Shown piece after piece: positions 9,281 through 19,852 of a DNA stretch of 60,626 nt. Positions within the stretch are counted from its first letter, which is position 1; each line of letters opens with the position of its first letter. The notes beneath the pieces are model-generated. The model was given only the letters and a program-made list of their open reading frames with translations. It searched no databases and was not told the DNA's origin. The position numbers were made by a program, and so were the translations under genes. The DNA lies in assembly GCA_038845975.1 (NCBI GenBank), contig JAWBQF010000016.1, forward strand, positions 1 to 60,626, written 5' to 3'. This DNA is from Candidatus Methanomethylicia archaeon (GTDB taxonomy: Archaea > Thermoproteota > Methanomethylicia > CALHIW01).

Positions 9281-10393
9281 TTAATGATATAGTGCAGCCT
9301 ATATTTAAGATTTTCGACATGTTATAAGTGTTCCGTCAACTTATAAGTTTTTATTTTTATCATCTCTCTTGTTAGATCTTAATTTGCTATAGTATTTCTA
9401 TAAATTGTGACTCATTTATATTGGCTTGAATACATGATATTAAGAGTTATTATAAATCTAGTGTTAATCAAGTAACTTATGAAGATTCAATGATAGTTAA
9501 GGGCTTAGCAGAACCATATCATTCCTAAGAAAACGCTAAGGCTAATTCACTAAGAAGTATTCTTCAACAAATTCTTTCCAAGTATAGAATAGCTAAAAGA
9601 AGCTCGAGAAATTCCTCTGAGCAGTAATAAATTATTATATTTGTAAGCAAATGGAGATTCAAATCTTAACCATGAACTGAGCATGCTTTCTAGGATATTC
9701 ATGTAAGCACCGTCAGAAAAGCTCCTAACAGAGTACTGATTTAAAGCACTAGAAGTAATTTCTAAATCCTAATTAATCCAAGCACCTATTCAAACCATCC
9801 AGAAAGCTAGTTTCTTCTTATCTTTTATAATTAAAAACAAGTCATAGTAAGAACAATTAAAGCATGAAAATAAATACACTAGCTACAGCTGAGATAAAGT
9901 ATACCTATTAGGAGAGAAAGCATAAATCCCTAGAATAAAAGCCCGAATATAACTACTTTTTCTTACTCCCACTAGGAAATGGGTAAAACTATTTGGAATA
10001 AGATACCTAGTGATAATACTGTTTGCAGCAACAAATCATTAACAAGCATTGATTAAAACTGTGCATGCTTTTGATTGAGAATTAAACCCTTGATTTCCCC
10101 TATCATCATAAATATTACTATATCAACTCCCTAGATTTCTATTGCTTAAGTAATTACTAAAAATAGTAGCTGGGAATTGCGCTCTAGCTAACTTGTATGT
10201 AGAGTGAACTTGGAATGTCAAGACCTATAAAAGGCTTGGAAAATTATCTTCTTAAATAGCTTGTTATAGCCAGCATATATCACAACCGTAAATAAGAACT
10301 AGGAGTAAATCTATTTAGCATTTAGAATTGATGATTCCCATAGTACTAGCGTTAAGTTTAAATATTCAGGATTATTGTGTGATTGGTGTTGTA

Positions 10394-10960
10394 ATGAAAA
10401 TTATTGAGATTAGATGGCATGGGAGAGGTGGTCAGGGAGCTGTTGTTGCTAGTGATATTCTTGCTAGAGCTGCATATTTAGATGGGTTTAAAGGTGTTCA
10501 GTCATTTCCATTCTTCGGAGCTGAACGTAGAGGTGCTCCTGTTCAGGCATTTACAAGGCTTAGTGATAGTAGAGTTCTTCTTAGGACTCATGTATACAAT
10601 CCAGATATAGTAATAGTTCTTGATCCTTCCCTACTTGGTGTTGTAGATGTTTATTCTGGGCTTAAGAGTGGAGGAATGGTAATTATGAATACTCCTTTAA
10701 ACCCATCTGATATTAAGGTTCCTGGAAGTTTTAAGATTGCAACTGTTGATGCTTTATCTATTGTTCAAGACTTAAAACTATTTGTTAGCGGACTACCTGT
10801 TTATAATACCTCTATGCTTGGAGCATTTTCAAAAGCTACAGGTCTTGTTAAGATATCCTCGATTAGGGAAGCCATCATAGAATATTTTGGACCTGGAAGA
10901 GGAGAAGTAAATGCTAAAGCTGCTGAGCTTGCGTATCAGAAAACTATTGTAGGTGGTTAA
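10394..10960 (+). CDS. porG: Pyruvate/2-oxoacid:ferredoxin oxidoreductase gamma subunit
   Basis: EIRWHGRGGQG and FPFFGAERRGAPV motifs; start moved to the ATG at 10394. Confidence 0.92.
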   Translation: MKIIEIRWHGRGGQGAVVASDILARAAYLDGFKGVQSFPFFGAERRGAPVQAFTRLSDSRVLLRTHVYNPDIVIVLDPSLLGVVDVYSGLKSGGMVIMNTPLNPSDIKVPGSFKIATVDALSIVQDLKLFVSGLPVYNTSMLGAFSKATGLVKISSIREAIIEYFGPGRGEVNAKAAELAYQKTIVGG

Positions 10961-11243
10961 GATGAGTGAGATAAAGAGTTTAAGAGATCTTGGAATATGG
11001 ATTATATCAAAGCCTGGGAAAGCATCTTCAGGTATTACAGGTACTTGGAGAACTTTTAAACCTGTAATTAATAGGGAGAAATGTAATAAGTGCATGGTAT
11101 GCTGGCTATATTGCCCTGAAGGAGTTGTAAGTAAGGATTCTAGTGGATATCCTCAAATCGACTATGAATTCTGTAAAGGATGCGGTATCTGTGCTTATGA
11201 ATGTAGGGTTAAAGCTATAGATATGATTGCGGAGGTGAGATAG
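10953..11243 (+). CDS. porD: 2-oxoacid:ferredoxin oxidoreductase delta subunit, 2x[4Fe-4S]
   Basis: TGTWRTFKP, CNKCMVCWLYCP and CKGCGICAYEC motifs. Confidence 0.92.
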   Translation: MVKMSEIKSLRDLGIWIISKPGKASSGITGTWRTFKPVINREKCNKCMVCWLYCPEGVVSKDSSGYPQIDYEFCKGCGICAYECRVKAIDMIAEVR

Positions 11244-12449
11244 ATGCTTAAAATGAAGGGTGAGGTTTTACTATTAACTGGAAACTATTCAGCAGCTTAT
11301 GCTGCAAAATGTTCAAGAGTACAGGTTGTTGCAGCCTATCCTATAACTCCACAAACACCATGTGTTGAGAAGATTTCAGAGTTTGTTGAAAAGGGAGAGT
11401 TAAAGGCGGAGTTTATATGTGTTGAAAGCGAGCATTCAGCTATGAGTGCATGTATAGGTGCATCAACATGTGGTGCTAGAGCATTTACAGCAACATCAGC
11501 TCAAGGACTTGCCTTAATGCATGAAATGCTTCACTGGGCTAGTGGTGCTAGACTCCCAATAGTTATGTATGTTGCAAATAGAGCTTTTGCTCCTCCATGG
11601 AATATATGGTGTGACCATCAAGACTCTATTGCTCAGAGAGATACTGGATGGATGCAGTTTTATGCTGAGGATAATCAGGAGCTTTTCGACTCTATAATTA
11701 TGGCTTATAAAATTGCTGAAGACCATGAAGTAATGCTTCCAGCTATGGTTTGTGCTGATGGTGTAACTTTATCTCATACTGTAATGCCTGTTGAAATACC
11801 TGACCAGAAAGATATTGATGATTTCCTTCCACCCTATGATCCACCATATAAGTTCTATGATGTAGATAATCCAATAATACTTTCACATCTACCTATGCCT
11901 AATGTTCCCTTCTCAGACTGGTATACAGAGTTTAGATATTTAATGCAGGAAGCTATGATGAAGGCTAAGAGGAAGATTATAAGTGTATGTAGAGAGTTTA
12001 AGGAGAGATTTGGAAGGTTTCATGGCGATTTTCTTGAAGAGTATAGATGTAATGATGCTGACGTAGTTGTTGTAAGTATGGGTTCTATAGCTTCCCAGAT
12101 GAAGTATGTTGTGGATTTAATGAGGGATGAAGGCTATAACGTTGGAGCTGTTAAGCTTAGAGTACTACGTCCCTTCCCAATAGAGGAAATAAGAAACCTA
12201 GCAGGGAGGGTTAAGGGAATTGCTGTAATAGATAGAAACATATCATTCGGCTATGCTGGAGCAGTACTTACAGAAATTAAGGCTGCACTATATGAGCAAG
12301 TGAAGAAACCATTAATCAAGGGGTTTATTATGGGTTTAGGTGGGAGAGATGTTCAAATAGGTCATCAGAAGGAGGTGGTTAAAAACATGTATGAAATCCT
12401 TGAGAAGGGATTAGATAAGGAATATGAATGGATAGGTTTACGTATGTAG
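11244..12449 (+). CDS. porA: 2-oxoacid:ferredoxin oxidoreductase alpha subunit
   Basis: AAYPITPQT, VESEHSAMS and NRA..PWNIWCDHQD motifs. Confidence 0.92.
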   Translation: MLKMKGEVLLLTGNYSAAYAAKCSRVQVVAAYPITPQTPCVEKISEFVEKGELKAEFICVESEHSAMSACIGASTCGARAFTATSAQGLALMHEMLHWASGARLPIVMYVANRAFAPPWNIWCDHQDSIAQRDTGWMQFYAEDNQELFDSIIMAYKIAEDHEVMLPAMVCADGVTLSHTVMPVEIPDQKDIDDFLPPYDPPYKFYDVDNPIILSHLPMPNVPFSDWYTEFRYLMQEAMMKAKRKIISVCREFKERFGRFHGDFLEEYRCNDADVVVVSMGSIASQMKYVVDLMRDEGYNVGAVKLRVLRPFPIEEIRNLAGRVKGIAVIDRNISFGYAGAVLTEIKAALYEQVKKPLIKGFIMGLGGRDVQIGHQKEVVKNMYEILEKGLDKEYEWIGLRM

Positions 12450-12459
12450 AGGTGGTTTT

Positions 12460-13356
12460 ATGCCTATACTTGGCTTACCTGAAGAAGAGTATATGCTTCC
12501 AGGATATGGAAGCTGTCCTGGATGTGGTTTATTCCTAACTACAAGACATGTTCTGAAAGCTTTAGGTCGTAGAACATTGATGGTTATTCCTGCTGGATGT
12601 ATTTCAGCTGCTCCAGGCTTATTTCCAAAGATAGGGTTCGGTATACCTACATTAAACATAGCCTTTGAGGCAACAGCATCTGCAGCATCAGGAATAGCTG
12701 CTGCTCTTAAAGTTAAGGGGATAAAGGATATAACAGTTCTTGGAGTTGCAGGGGATGGTGGAACAGCAGATATTGGTATACAGGCATTATCAGCAGCTGC
12801 TGAGAGAAATGATAACTTCATCTATGTATGTATAGATAATGAAGCCTATATGAATACTGGAATACAGAGAAGTGGTACAACACCTTTCCGTGCACGTACT
12901 ACAACAACTCCAGTTATTGGGAAGCTACAGCATAAAAAAGATATGCCTCTCATAATGGCTGCCCATGAAATACCGTATGTAGCTACAGCTTGCATAGCTT
13001 ATCCACATGATCTTCATCGGAAAGTTAAGAAAGCATTAGAGATGAAGTGGGGAACAAGATATATACATATACTATCCCCATGTCCTCCAGGATGGGGGTT
13101 TGATGCTGAAAAATCCATAGAAATGGGAAGGCTTGCTGTTGAAACAGGAGTATTTGCTCTATTTGAAATTGAAAACTTTAAACTAAAGTTTACAGGACCT
13201 AGTATTAACCTAATCGATCCATCTAAAAGAAAAGATGTTAAAGAGTATTTAAGGCTTCAGAGAAGATTTGCCCACCTTAGAGATGAGGATATAGAGGAAA
13301 TTAGAAAATGGATAGATAATAAGTGGAGGCAATACATAAAACTATCATCTGAATAA
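12460..13356 (+). CDS. porB: 2-oxoacid:ferredoxin oxidoreductase beta subunit (TPP-binding)
   Basis: CPGCG, GDGGTADIG..DNEAYMNTGIQRS and SPCPPGW motifs. Confidence 0.92.
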   Translation: MPILGLPEEEYMLPGYGSCPGCGLFLTTRHVLKALGRRTLMVIPAGCISAAPGLFPKIGFGIPTLNIAFEATASAASGIAAALKVKGIKDITVLGVAGDGGTADIGIQALSAAAERNDNFIYVCIDNEAYMNTGIQRSGTTPFRARTTTTPVIGKLQHKKDMPLIMAAHEIPYVATACIAYPHDLHRKVKKALEMKWGTRYIHILSPCPPGWGFDAEKSIEMGRLAVETGVFALFEIENFKLKFTGPSINLIDPSKRKDVKEYLRLQRRFAHLRDEDIEEIRKWIDNKWRQYIKLSSE

Positions 13357-13590
13357 GCTTCCACTATAGCTTCATAAATCCAACACTTTATTTTCAATAC
13401 TATCCTTCCTTAGTCTTAATATTTCAGGATGTCTAGTTATAATAACTTATAGTTCTAACTTAGCCTAAAACCTATTATATAAGCTTTTAAGCTCGTAGTA
13501 TTGTAAGGTTTTTAAATACAATATGTTGATTTATGATTCTACTAAGTAAGGTTTATTTACTACTTCGAGTAACTGCTAATGGTGGTTTAA

Positions 13591-15036
13591 ATGATGAATG
13601 GTAATGAATATGTTGAAAGTTTAAGGAGACTACGTAAAAAAGTCTATATGTTTGGAGAGGAGATTAAGGATATAACTGTCCACCCATTTCTTAAGCCAAC
13701 TCTAAACTCTATAGCTTTAACCTATCAGCTTGCTTATGATGAGAGATATAGAGATCTTTTAACAGCTACTTCCCACTTAACAGGAAGAAGGATTAATAGG
13801 TTTACCCATATACCTCAAAATACTGATGACTTGGTAAAGAAGGTTAAAATGCTTCGTCTACTTGGACAGAAGACAGGTTCATGTTTTCAAAGATGTGTTG
13901 GAATGGATGCCTTAATAGCTCTTTCAAGCGTCACCTATGAAATTGATCAAAAATACGGTACTGACTATTATAAGCGGTTTATAAGATTCCTTATTAAGGT
14001 CCAAGATGAGGATTTAATGTGTGGCGGGTCTATGACTGATGTTAAGGGAGATAGAAGTTTAAGACCAAGTCAGCAGAAGGATCCGGATATGTTTGTACAT
14101 GTTGTTGAGAAGAGGGATGATGGTATTGTTATTAGAGGTGCTAAAGCTCATCAGTCCGGTTCTGTATTTGCTCATGAACTAGTAGTTATGCCAACTCTAT
14201 CTATGCGTGAAACAGATAAGGATTATGCTGTTTCATGCGCTGTACCTGCTGATGCTGATGGTGTATTGTACATTGTTGGGAGGCAGACAAACGATTCTAG
14301 AAAGATGGAGGAGTGTGAAATTGATGTAGGTAATCTTCAATATAGTGTTGCAGGCCATGAGGCTCTAGTTGTTTTCGATGATGTATTTGTTCCATGGGAT
14401 AGGGTTTTCATGTGTGGTGAATGGGATTTCTCCGGTGTTCTTGTTGAGAGGTTTGCATCATATCATAGGCAGAATTATGGTGGATGTAAGGTTGGAGTTG
14501 GAGACGTACTTATAGGTGCTGCAGCTACTATTGCTGATTATAATGGTGTTTCTGATGCTTCACATATAAGAGAGAAGCTTGTAGAAATGGCTTACTTAAA
14601 TGAGACTATGCATGCATGTGGTTTAGCTTGTTCATATGAAGGCGTTAAGCTTCCATCAGGAACATACTATGTAAATCCACTATTAGCAAATGTAACTAAG
14701 CTTAATGTAACTAAGTTCCCCTTTGAAATGGCTAGGTTAGCAATAGATATTACTGGTGGAATTATTGGAACTCAGCCTTCAGAAAGGGATTTTAAACATC
14801 CAGTTATAGGGAAGTATATTGAGAAATATCTTAAAGCTAGAGAAAATATTCCAACAGAGTATAGGATGAGAATTGTAAGACTTATAGAAAATATGGTTAC
14901 AGGTACTGGACTAATAGAGTCAATGCATGGTGCAGGTTCTCCTCAAGCACAGAGGATAATGATAGCTAGACAGGTAGACTTTGAGCTTAGGAAGAAGCTT
15001 GCAAAAATACTTGCAGGAATTGAGAGGGATAGCTAG
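13591..15036 (+). CDS. abfD: 4-hydroxybutyryl-CoA dehydratase / vinylacetyl-CoA delta-isomerase
   Basis: CFQRCVGMDA and HRQNYGGCK (three Cys plus His [4Fe-4S] ligands), MTDVKGDRS, ESMHGAGSPQAQR. Confidence 0.88.
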   Translation: MMNGNEYVESLRRLRKKVYMFGEEIKDITVHPFLKPTLNSIALTYQLAYDERYRDLLTATSHLTGRRINRFTHIPQNTDDLVKKVKMLRLLGQKTGSCFQRCVGMDALIALSSVTYEIDQKYGTDYYKRFIRFLIKVQDEDLMCGGSMTDVKGDRSLRPSQQKDPDMFVHVVEKRDDGIVIRGAKAHQSGSVFAHELVVMPTLSMRETDKDYAVSCAVPADADGVLYIVGRQTNDSRKMEECEIDVGNLQYSVAGHEALVVFDDVFVPWDRVFMCGEWDFSGVLVERFASYHRQNYGGCKVGVGDVLIGAAATIADYNGVSDASHIREKLVEMAYLNETMHACGLACSYEGVKLPSGTYYVNPLLANVTKLNVTKFPFEMARLAIDITGGIIGTQPSERDFKHPVIGKYIEKYLKARENIPTEYRMRIVRLIENMVTGTGLIESMHGAGSPQAQRIMIARQVDFELRKKLAKILAGIERDS

Positions 15037-16103
15037 CTATCTCTTAAGCCTAGTCTAGTAGCTACTTCAGGATTTACAAGTCTCCTAGGCTTTAACCCAT
15101 TATAGATTCTATCAATATCCTCTACAATCATTAAATCCATTCTTTTTAAAGCTTCAACAGTAAATGCAGCTATATGAGGTGTTACCAGTACATTATCCAT
15201 TTTTAATAGCGGATTCTTCATGTTTGGAGGTTCTGTTTCCAATACGTCTAGAGCAGCTCCTGCAATCCACTTTTCTCTTAATGCCTTTATTAATGCTTCC
15301 TCATCAATTATCGGTCCTCGAGCAGTATTAACTATTAATGCACTAGACTTCATTTGTTTAAGCATTTCCTCACCTATAAGATGATGGGTTTCACTTGTTA
15401 GTATTGCATGGATGGATACAATATCTGACTCCTTAAGTAGCTCTTTAAGATCTACTGGCTTAACGTTTAGTTTAAGCATTTCCTCTCTATTAACATATGG
15501 ATCATACGCTAGAACTTTCATGTTAAATCCTTTAATAGCTATTTCAGCAACTCTTCTACCTATAGCTCCGAAGCCTATTACTCCTAGTGTTTTACCGTAG
15601 ATTTCGAATCCGATAAGTTTAGATCTTTCACTCCATCTCCCATTTTTAACGGTACTGTAGGCTTCATAGATTCTCCTCATTAATGCAAGTATTAACGTAA
15701 ATGTATGCTCAGCAACTGATTCAGCATTAGCATGAGGAGTATAAGTTACAGCTATTCTTCTTCTAGTAGCTTCTTGAACATCAACATTATCGTATCCTAC
15801 ACCATGTCTAGCTATGACTTTAAGGTTTTCCACGTTTCTAAGAGTTTCCGCTGATATTCTACCTATAGCTCCAAGTATTACTGCATCGTAGCCTCTTATT
15901 GCTTCAGCTACTTCACTATCTTTTGGAGGGCTACTAAATGTTAAGCGTTTAACTTCCCCTATCCTGTTAAGAGTTTCAATAGCTTCAGGAGCATAGATAC
16001 CGAAGCTTCCTGAAAGAATTATTATCCTCCATCTTTCCACTTTAACACCGTTACTATTCAAGATATTTCCTAAGCTTGTCAAGTAATGCTTTATATTCAT
16101 CAT
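15033..16103 (-). CDS. D-isomer-specific 2-hydroxyacid dehydrogenase (SerA/glyoxylate reductase-like, no ACT domain)
   Basis: GVGYDNVD, GFGAIG, NTARG, ALDV..EP and TPHIA motifs; true start may be the GTG at 16040. Confidence 0.9.
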   Translation of the reverse strand: MMNIKHYLTSLGNILNSNGVKVERWRIIILSGSFGIYAPEAIETLNRIGEVKRLTFSSPPKDSEVAEAIRGYDAVILGAIGRISAETLRNVENLKVIARHGVGYDNVDVQEATRRRIAVTYTPHANAESVAEHTFTLILALMRRIYEAYSTVKNGRWSERSKLIGFEIYGKTLGVIGFGAIGRRVAEIAIKGFNMKVLAYDPYVNREEMLKLNVKPVDLKELLKESDIVSIHAILTSETHHLIGEEMLKQMKSSALIVNTARGPIIDEEALIKALREKWIAGAALDVLETEPPNMKNPLLKMDNVLVTPHIAAFTVEALKRMDLMIVEDIDRIYNGLKPRRLVNPEVATRLGLRDS

Positions 16104-16944
16104 CTGTTAATGGTCTTAATGGCTTAGCTGGATAGCCTCCATCTATTCCACGTATTTTTAAAGCTGCCTTATATGGTGCTATATCAATCTCCTTCAATAT
16201 ATTTCTTATACTACTTATTTTAAACTGAATTTCTCTAGCTTTAGCTATATTACTGTCTTTAACTGCCTTGTAAAGCGATAATGTAAGTTCTGGAAATATA
16301 TTGCTTACAGCACATACATGTCCTGCAGCGCCTAAAGCAAAGTTTATAAGCATCATTGAGTCTCCAGCCCCCATTACAATGTATTTATCACCATACTCCT
16401 GAATATATGATGTTATCTGGTCAACATTATAGCTTGTATCCTTAACCCCAACTATTTCAGGAACTTCAGAAGCTATTTTTCCAAAAAGTTTTGGGTCTAT
16501 ATTGTATCCCTGTCTACCAACGTTGTTGTATATGAATACAGGTAGTCTTGATGCTTTAGCTATTTGTCTAAAGTATTCTATAAGGCTTTTAACATCTGGT
16601 CTATAGTAGATGGGAGCAACAGAACATATAGCATCAGCACCTATATCTCCTGCATGTTTTGCAAGCTCAATAGCTATTTCAGCTTCAGCTGCTCCGATAT
16701 GGAGTATTACTGGAATTCTAGATTTAACCTGGTCAATAACGGTTTCAGCTACTTTTCTCCTTAGACTTACCGGTAAATATATTCCCTCACCTAAAGTTCC
16801 TAAAGGAAATAATCCGTGAATTCCCTTTTCAACTTGGAAGTCAATAAGCTCTCTAATAGAGTTTTCTTTAAGTTCCCCATTATGGTTAAGCGGAGTTACT
16901 ATAGCGGTAATTACCCCCTCAAATCTTTTCACTACTACCACCAC
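16054..16944 (-). CDS. DapA/NanA-family aldolase, probably a 2-keto-3-deoxy sugar-acid aldolase
   Basis: GTLGEG, YNN and Schiff-base GVKDTS motifs; sugar-acid operon context. Confidence 0.85.
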   Translation of the reverse strand: MVVVVKRFEGVITAIVTPLNHNGELKENSIRELIDFQVEKGIHGLFPLGTLGEGIYLPVSLRRKVAETVIDQVKSRIPVILHIGAAEAEIAIELAKHAGDIGADAICSVAPIYYRPDVKSLIEYFRQIAKASRLPVFIYNNVGRQGYNIDPKLFGKIASEVPEIVGVKDTSYNVDQITSYIQEYGDKYIVMGAGDSMMLINFALGAAGHVCAVSNIFPELTLSLYKAVKDSNIAKAREIQFKISSIRNILKEIDIAPYKAALKIRGIDGGYPAKPLRPLTDDEYKALLDKLRKYLE

Positions 16945-16977
16945 TATATTGTTTAGTAGGGCTAGTTAAATTTTCTG

Positions 16978-18501
16978 TTAGGATAGTTGGCTATGTTCAA
17001 TATATAGGCTTTCAAGAGTATAGTATAGCTTCTTATAGAAGTTATATGTTTTAGCATATTTAGTATGGTTTTTAGGATTTGGATATTTAACATCTACGAT
17101 TTTAACCATTTTATCTATTGCCTCATTAATATTCTTATATACTCCTAAAGCAACAAATCCCATAGCTGCTGCTCCAAGTAGTGATGCTTCCTCAACAGCT
17201 AGCATTTCAACAGGTAAATTAAAAATATCTGCTTGTATTTGCCTCCATAGTGGAGATCTAGATCCTCCTCCTCCAGTTCTTATAGATAACCCTTCTAAGC
17301 CGTTTTCAGCCATGGAATCATAGATCCATTTTAGAGTATATAGACACCCCTCCATTAACGCTCTTATGACATGAGCTTTTCCATGTCTAAGTGTAAGTCC
17401 AAATATAACTCCTTTAGCATATGGATTATTCATAGGAAATCTTTCACCGCTTAGAAACGGTAATATTATAAGGTTATCTGATGTTGGACCTACTTGCTCA
17501 GCTTCTTCTGTAAGTATGTTGTATGGATCTTTGCTTGTAAGTTTTGCAATTGATGTTTCAATATGTCCAAACTCATCTCTAAACCATCTTAGCCCAATAC
17601 CTGCATTGTTTACAGCTCCTCCTGGAAGTCTAAGTCCATAGCCTATATAGTAGCAGAAAAACCTCATAGCTCTATCTCTATCTACAAGAGGATATTCACT
17701 AACAGACCTTATAGCACCACTAGTTCCAATATTTAATGCTAAAATACCCTTTTTAACTGCTCCAACACCAACACTATGAAGTGCTCCATCAGATGCTCCA
17801 AGAACTATTTGTACTTTATTTTTCAATCCAAGTCTACTGGAAATGTTTCTCGGGGCTTCACATAAAATCTTTTCCCCATCACATAGATTTGGAAGTTTAG
17901 ACTCGTTAATACCTGCAATCTCTAAAGCTAAACTACTCCATTTAAGTTTTCCGATATCTAGGAGTTGACTTCCAGCAGCTACAGACTTGTCTATGTAGGG
18001 TTCTCCTAGAAGCTTAAGCATTACATAGTCTTTAGCTGATAAAAACCATTCTGCACTTCTAAATTTGTTAGGCATTACCTGACTAAGCCATACTAGCTTG
18101 GTAAGAGGATATATGAAGCGTGGAGGACATCCTGTCTCTACATATAGCTTATAGGAATCTATTTTTAGCTCTATATTCTTTAGGACTGAAGCTGGACGTG
18201 TATCTAGATATGTTATTAATGGTGTAATCTCTTCTCCTTCTTTACCTACTATTGATACTCCATGCATTTGAGCACTAAAACTTAAAGCATCAACATCTAC
18301 TTTAGCCTGTTTTAAAGCTTGCTCACACGCTCTTAAAGTAGAATCATGTATCTCACTAAGTCTCTGTATGCCTGCTCCAGGCTCAGGATAATATATTGGA
18401 ATTTCAATACGTGCTAGTGAAATTAAATCTCCACCTGTATTAAATATTCCTGCCTTAACATTGCTTGTACCTATATCTACAGCTAAAACATATGTAGCCA
18501 C
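16978..18501 (-). CDS. FGGY-family carbohydrate kinase (gluconokinase-like)
   Basis: DIGTSNVK, SAQMHG, GASDGA, IGTSGAIR, FCYY and GGAVNNAG motifs resemble FGGY gluconate kinases. Confidence 0.85.
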   Translation of the reverse strand: MATYVLAVDIGTSNVKAGIFNTGGDLISLARIEIPIYYPEPGAGIQRLSEIHDSTLRACEQALKQAKVDVDALSFSAQMHGVSIVGKEGEEITPLITYLDTRPASVLKNIELKIDSYKLYVETGCPPRFIYPLTKLVWLSQVMPNKFRSAEWFLSAKDYVMLKLLGEPYIDKSVAAGSQLLDIGKLKWSSLALEIAGINESKLPNLCDGEKILCEAPRNISSRLGLKNKVQIVLGASDGALHSVGVGAVKKGILALNIGTSGAIRSVSEYPLVDRDRAMRFFCYYIGYGLRLPGGAVNNAGIGLRWFRDEFGHIETSIAKLTSKDPYNILTEEAEQVGPTSDNLIILPFLSGERFPMNNPYAKGVIFGLTLRHGKAHVIRALMEGCLYTLKWIYDSMAENGLEGLSIRTGGGGSRSPLWRQIQADIFNLPVEMLAVEEASLLGAAAMGFVALGVYKNINEAIDKMVKIVDVKYPNPKNHTKYAKTYNFYKKLYYTLESLYIEHSQLS

Positions 18502-18692
18502 AATATATTAAACCAATAGTAAAATTTAAATATATCTTATTATCAATTACTAGCTAGTAAGTAGAAGTACTTAATTTAGCTATTTGTATATTGATTTATA
18601 GTTTGCTATGAAAAATAGGTTTTAAAGCTCTATTTTATCATTTTTCCAGTAATACCTAATACTAGCTGTTTAGGGTTTTGTTAGACTTAATC

Positions 18693-19850
18693 TTAGAATG
18701 TTGGTCCTATTCTGAATATCCCGAACTCATTATAGTTTAAAACTTCCGATTTTGTTGGTTTTCCTGAAGCTACTTCAATAAGCTCCTTAAATATCTTTCT
18801 TCCAGCTTCCTCGATGGATTCAGTTCCAAGTATAATTCCGCTAACATCTACATCTAGATCATCCCTCATTTTCTCAGCTGTTTCTGGGTTTCCTGTAATC
18901 TTTATTACTGGAGCTATAGGATTTCCAACAGGTGTTCCACGGCCTGTAGTGAATAGGATTATTTGAGCTCCTCCAGCAACCATGCCCACAATTGAACTAA
19001 CATCGAATCCAGGTGTATTCATTAGGTATAATCCGTTTCCAGATGGTTTCTCAGCATATTTTAATACTCCCTTAACTATACTTCTACCAGCTTTATGTAT
19101 TGCGCCAAGTGATTTCTCTTCTATTGTTGTTAATCCCCCTGCAATATTTCCAGGTGACGGCTGTGCTCCTCTAAAATCTACACCATAAGATTTAAGATAT
19201 TTCTCATATTCTATTACTGTTTTAATAATTTCCATTTTTACATCTTCGTTAACTGCTCTTTCAGCAAATATATGTTCAGCACCTATAAACTCCGGTACTT
19301 CAGATATTATTACTGTTCCACCCATGTCTATAATCATATCTGAAGCTACTCCAACAGCTGGGTTTGAAGCTATACCTGATGTAGTATCTGATCCTCCACA
19401 TTCTAAAGCTACTATAAGCTTTGATACTGATGCTTCCTCTCGTTTAAGCTTTAAGGCTTCCTGAACCATTTCCCTTACAATTCTCACTCCCTTCTCTACT
19501 GTTTTTAATGTTCCTCCTACTTCCTGTATTACTAAGAGCTCTACTGGCTTACCTGACTTTGCTATTTCCTCAGTAACTACTTTTGCATCTACTCCCTCAC
19601 ATCCAAGACTAACCACTAGAACTGCTGCTACATTAGGATTTACTCCTAATCCTATAAGTGTATTTACTGTTTGCTTTAAATCTTCACCAACCTGTCCACA
19701 ACCATATGGATTATTAAGATATTTAACTCCATAAACTCTCTCAGCAATTAATTTAGCAGTGCTTGAAGCACATATAACCGTTGGAATTATCAGTACATGG
19801 TTACGTACACCAATACTTCCATTATCTCTATAGTATCCATGAAAAATCAT
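18693..19850 (-). CDS. UxaA/GarD/SuyB-family dehydratase large subunit (no SAF domain)
   Basis: GVRNHVLI, GCGQ, LECGGSD..SG, GNIAGGLTTIEEKSLG and FTTGRGTP motifs. Confidence 0.9.
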   Translation of the reverse strand: MIFHGYYRDNGSIGVRNHVLIIPTVICASSTAKLIAERVYGVKYLNNPYGCGQVGEDLKQTVNTLIGLGVNPNVAAVLVVSLGCEGVDAKVVTEEIAKSGKPVELLVIQEVGGTLKTVEKGVRIVREMVQEALKLKREEASVSKLIVALECGGSDTTSGIASNPAVGVASDMIIDMGGTVIISEVPEFIGAEHIFAERAVNEDVKMEIIKTVIEYEKYLKSYGVDFRGAQPSPGNIAGGLTTIEEKSLGAIHKAGRSIVKGVLKYAEKPSGNGLYLMNTPGFDVSSIVGMVAGGAQIILFTTGRGTPVGNPIAPVIKITGNPETAEKMRDDLDVDVSGIILGTESIEEAGRKIFKELIEVASGKPTKSEVLNYNEFGIFRIGPTF

Positions 19851-19852
19851 AT

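Noticed and set aside
13591-15036. 4-hydroxyphenylacetate 3-hydroxylase call
   Set aside because: The Fe-S ligand motifs of AbfD are present and the context is anaerobic
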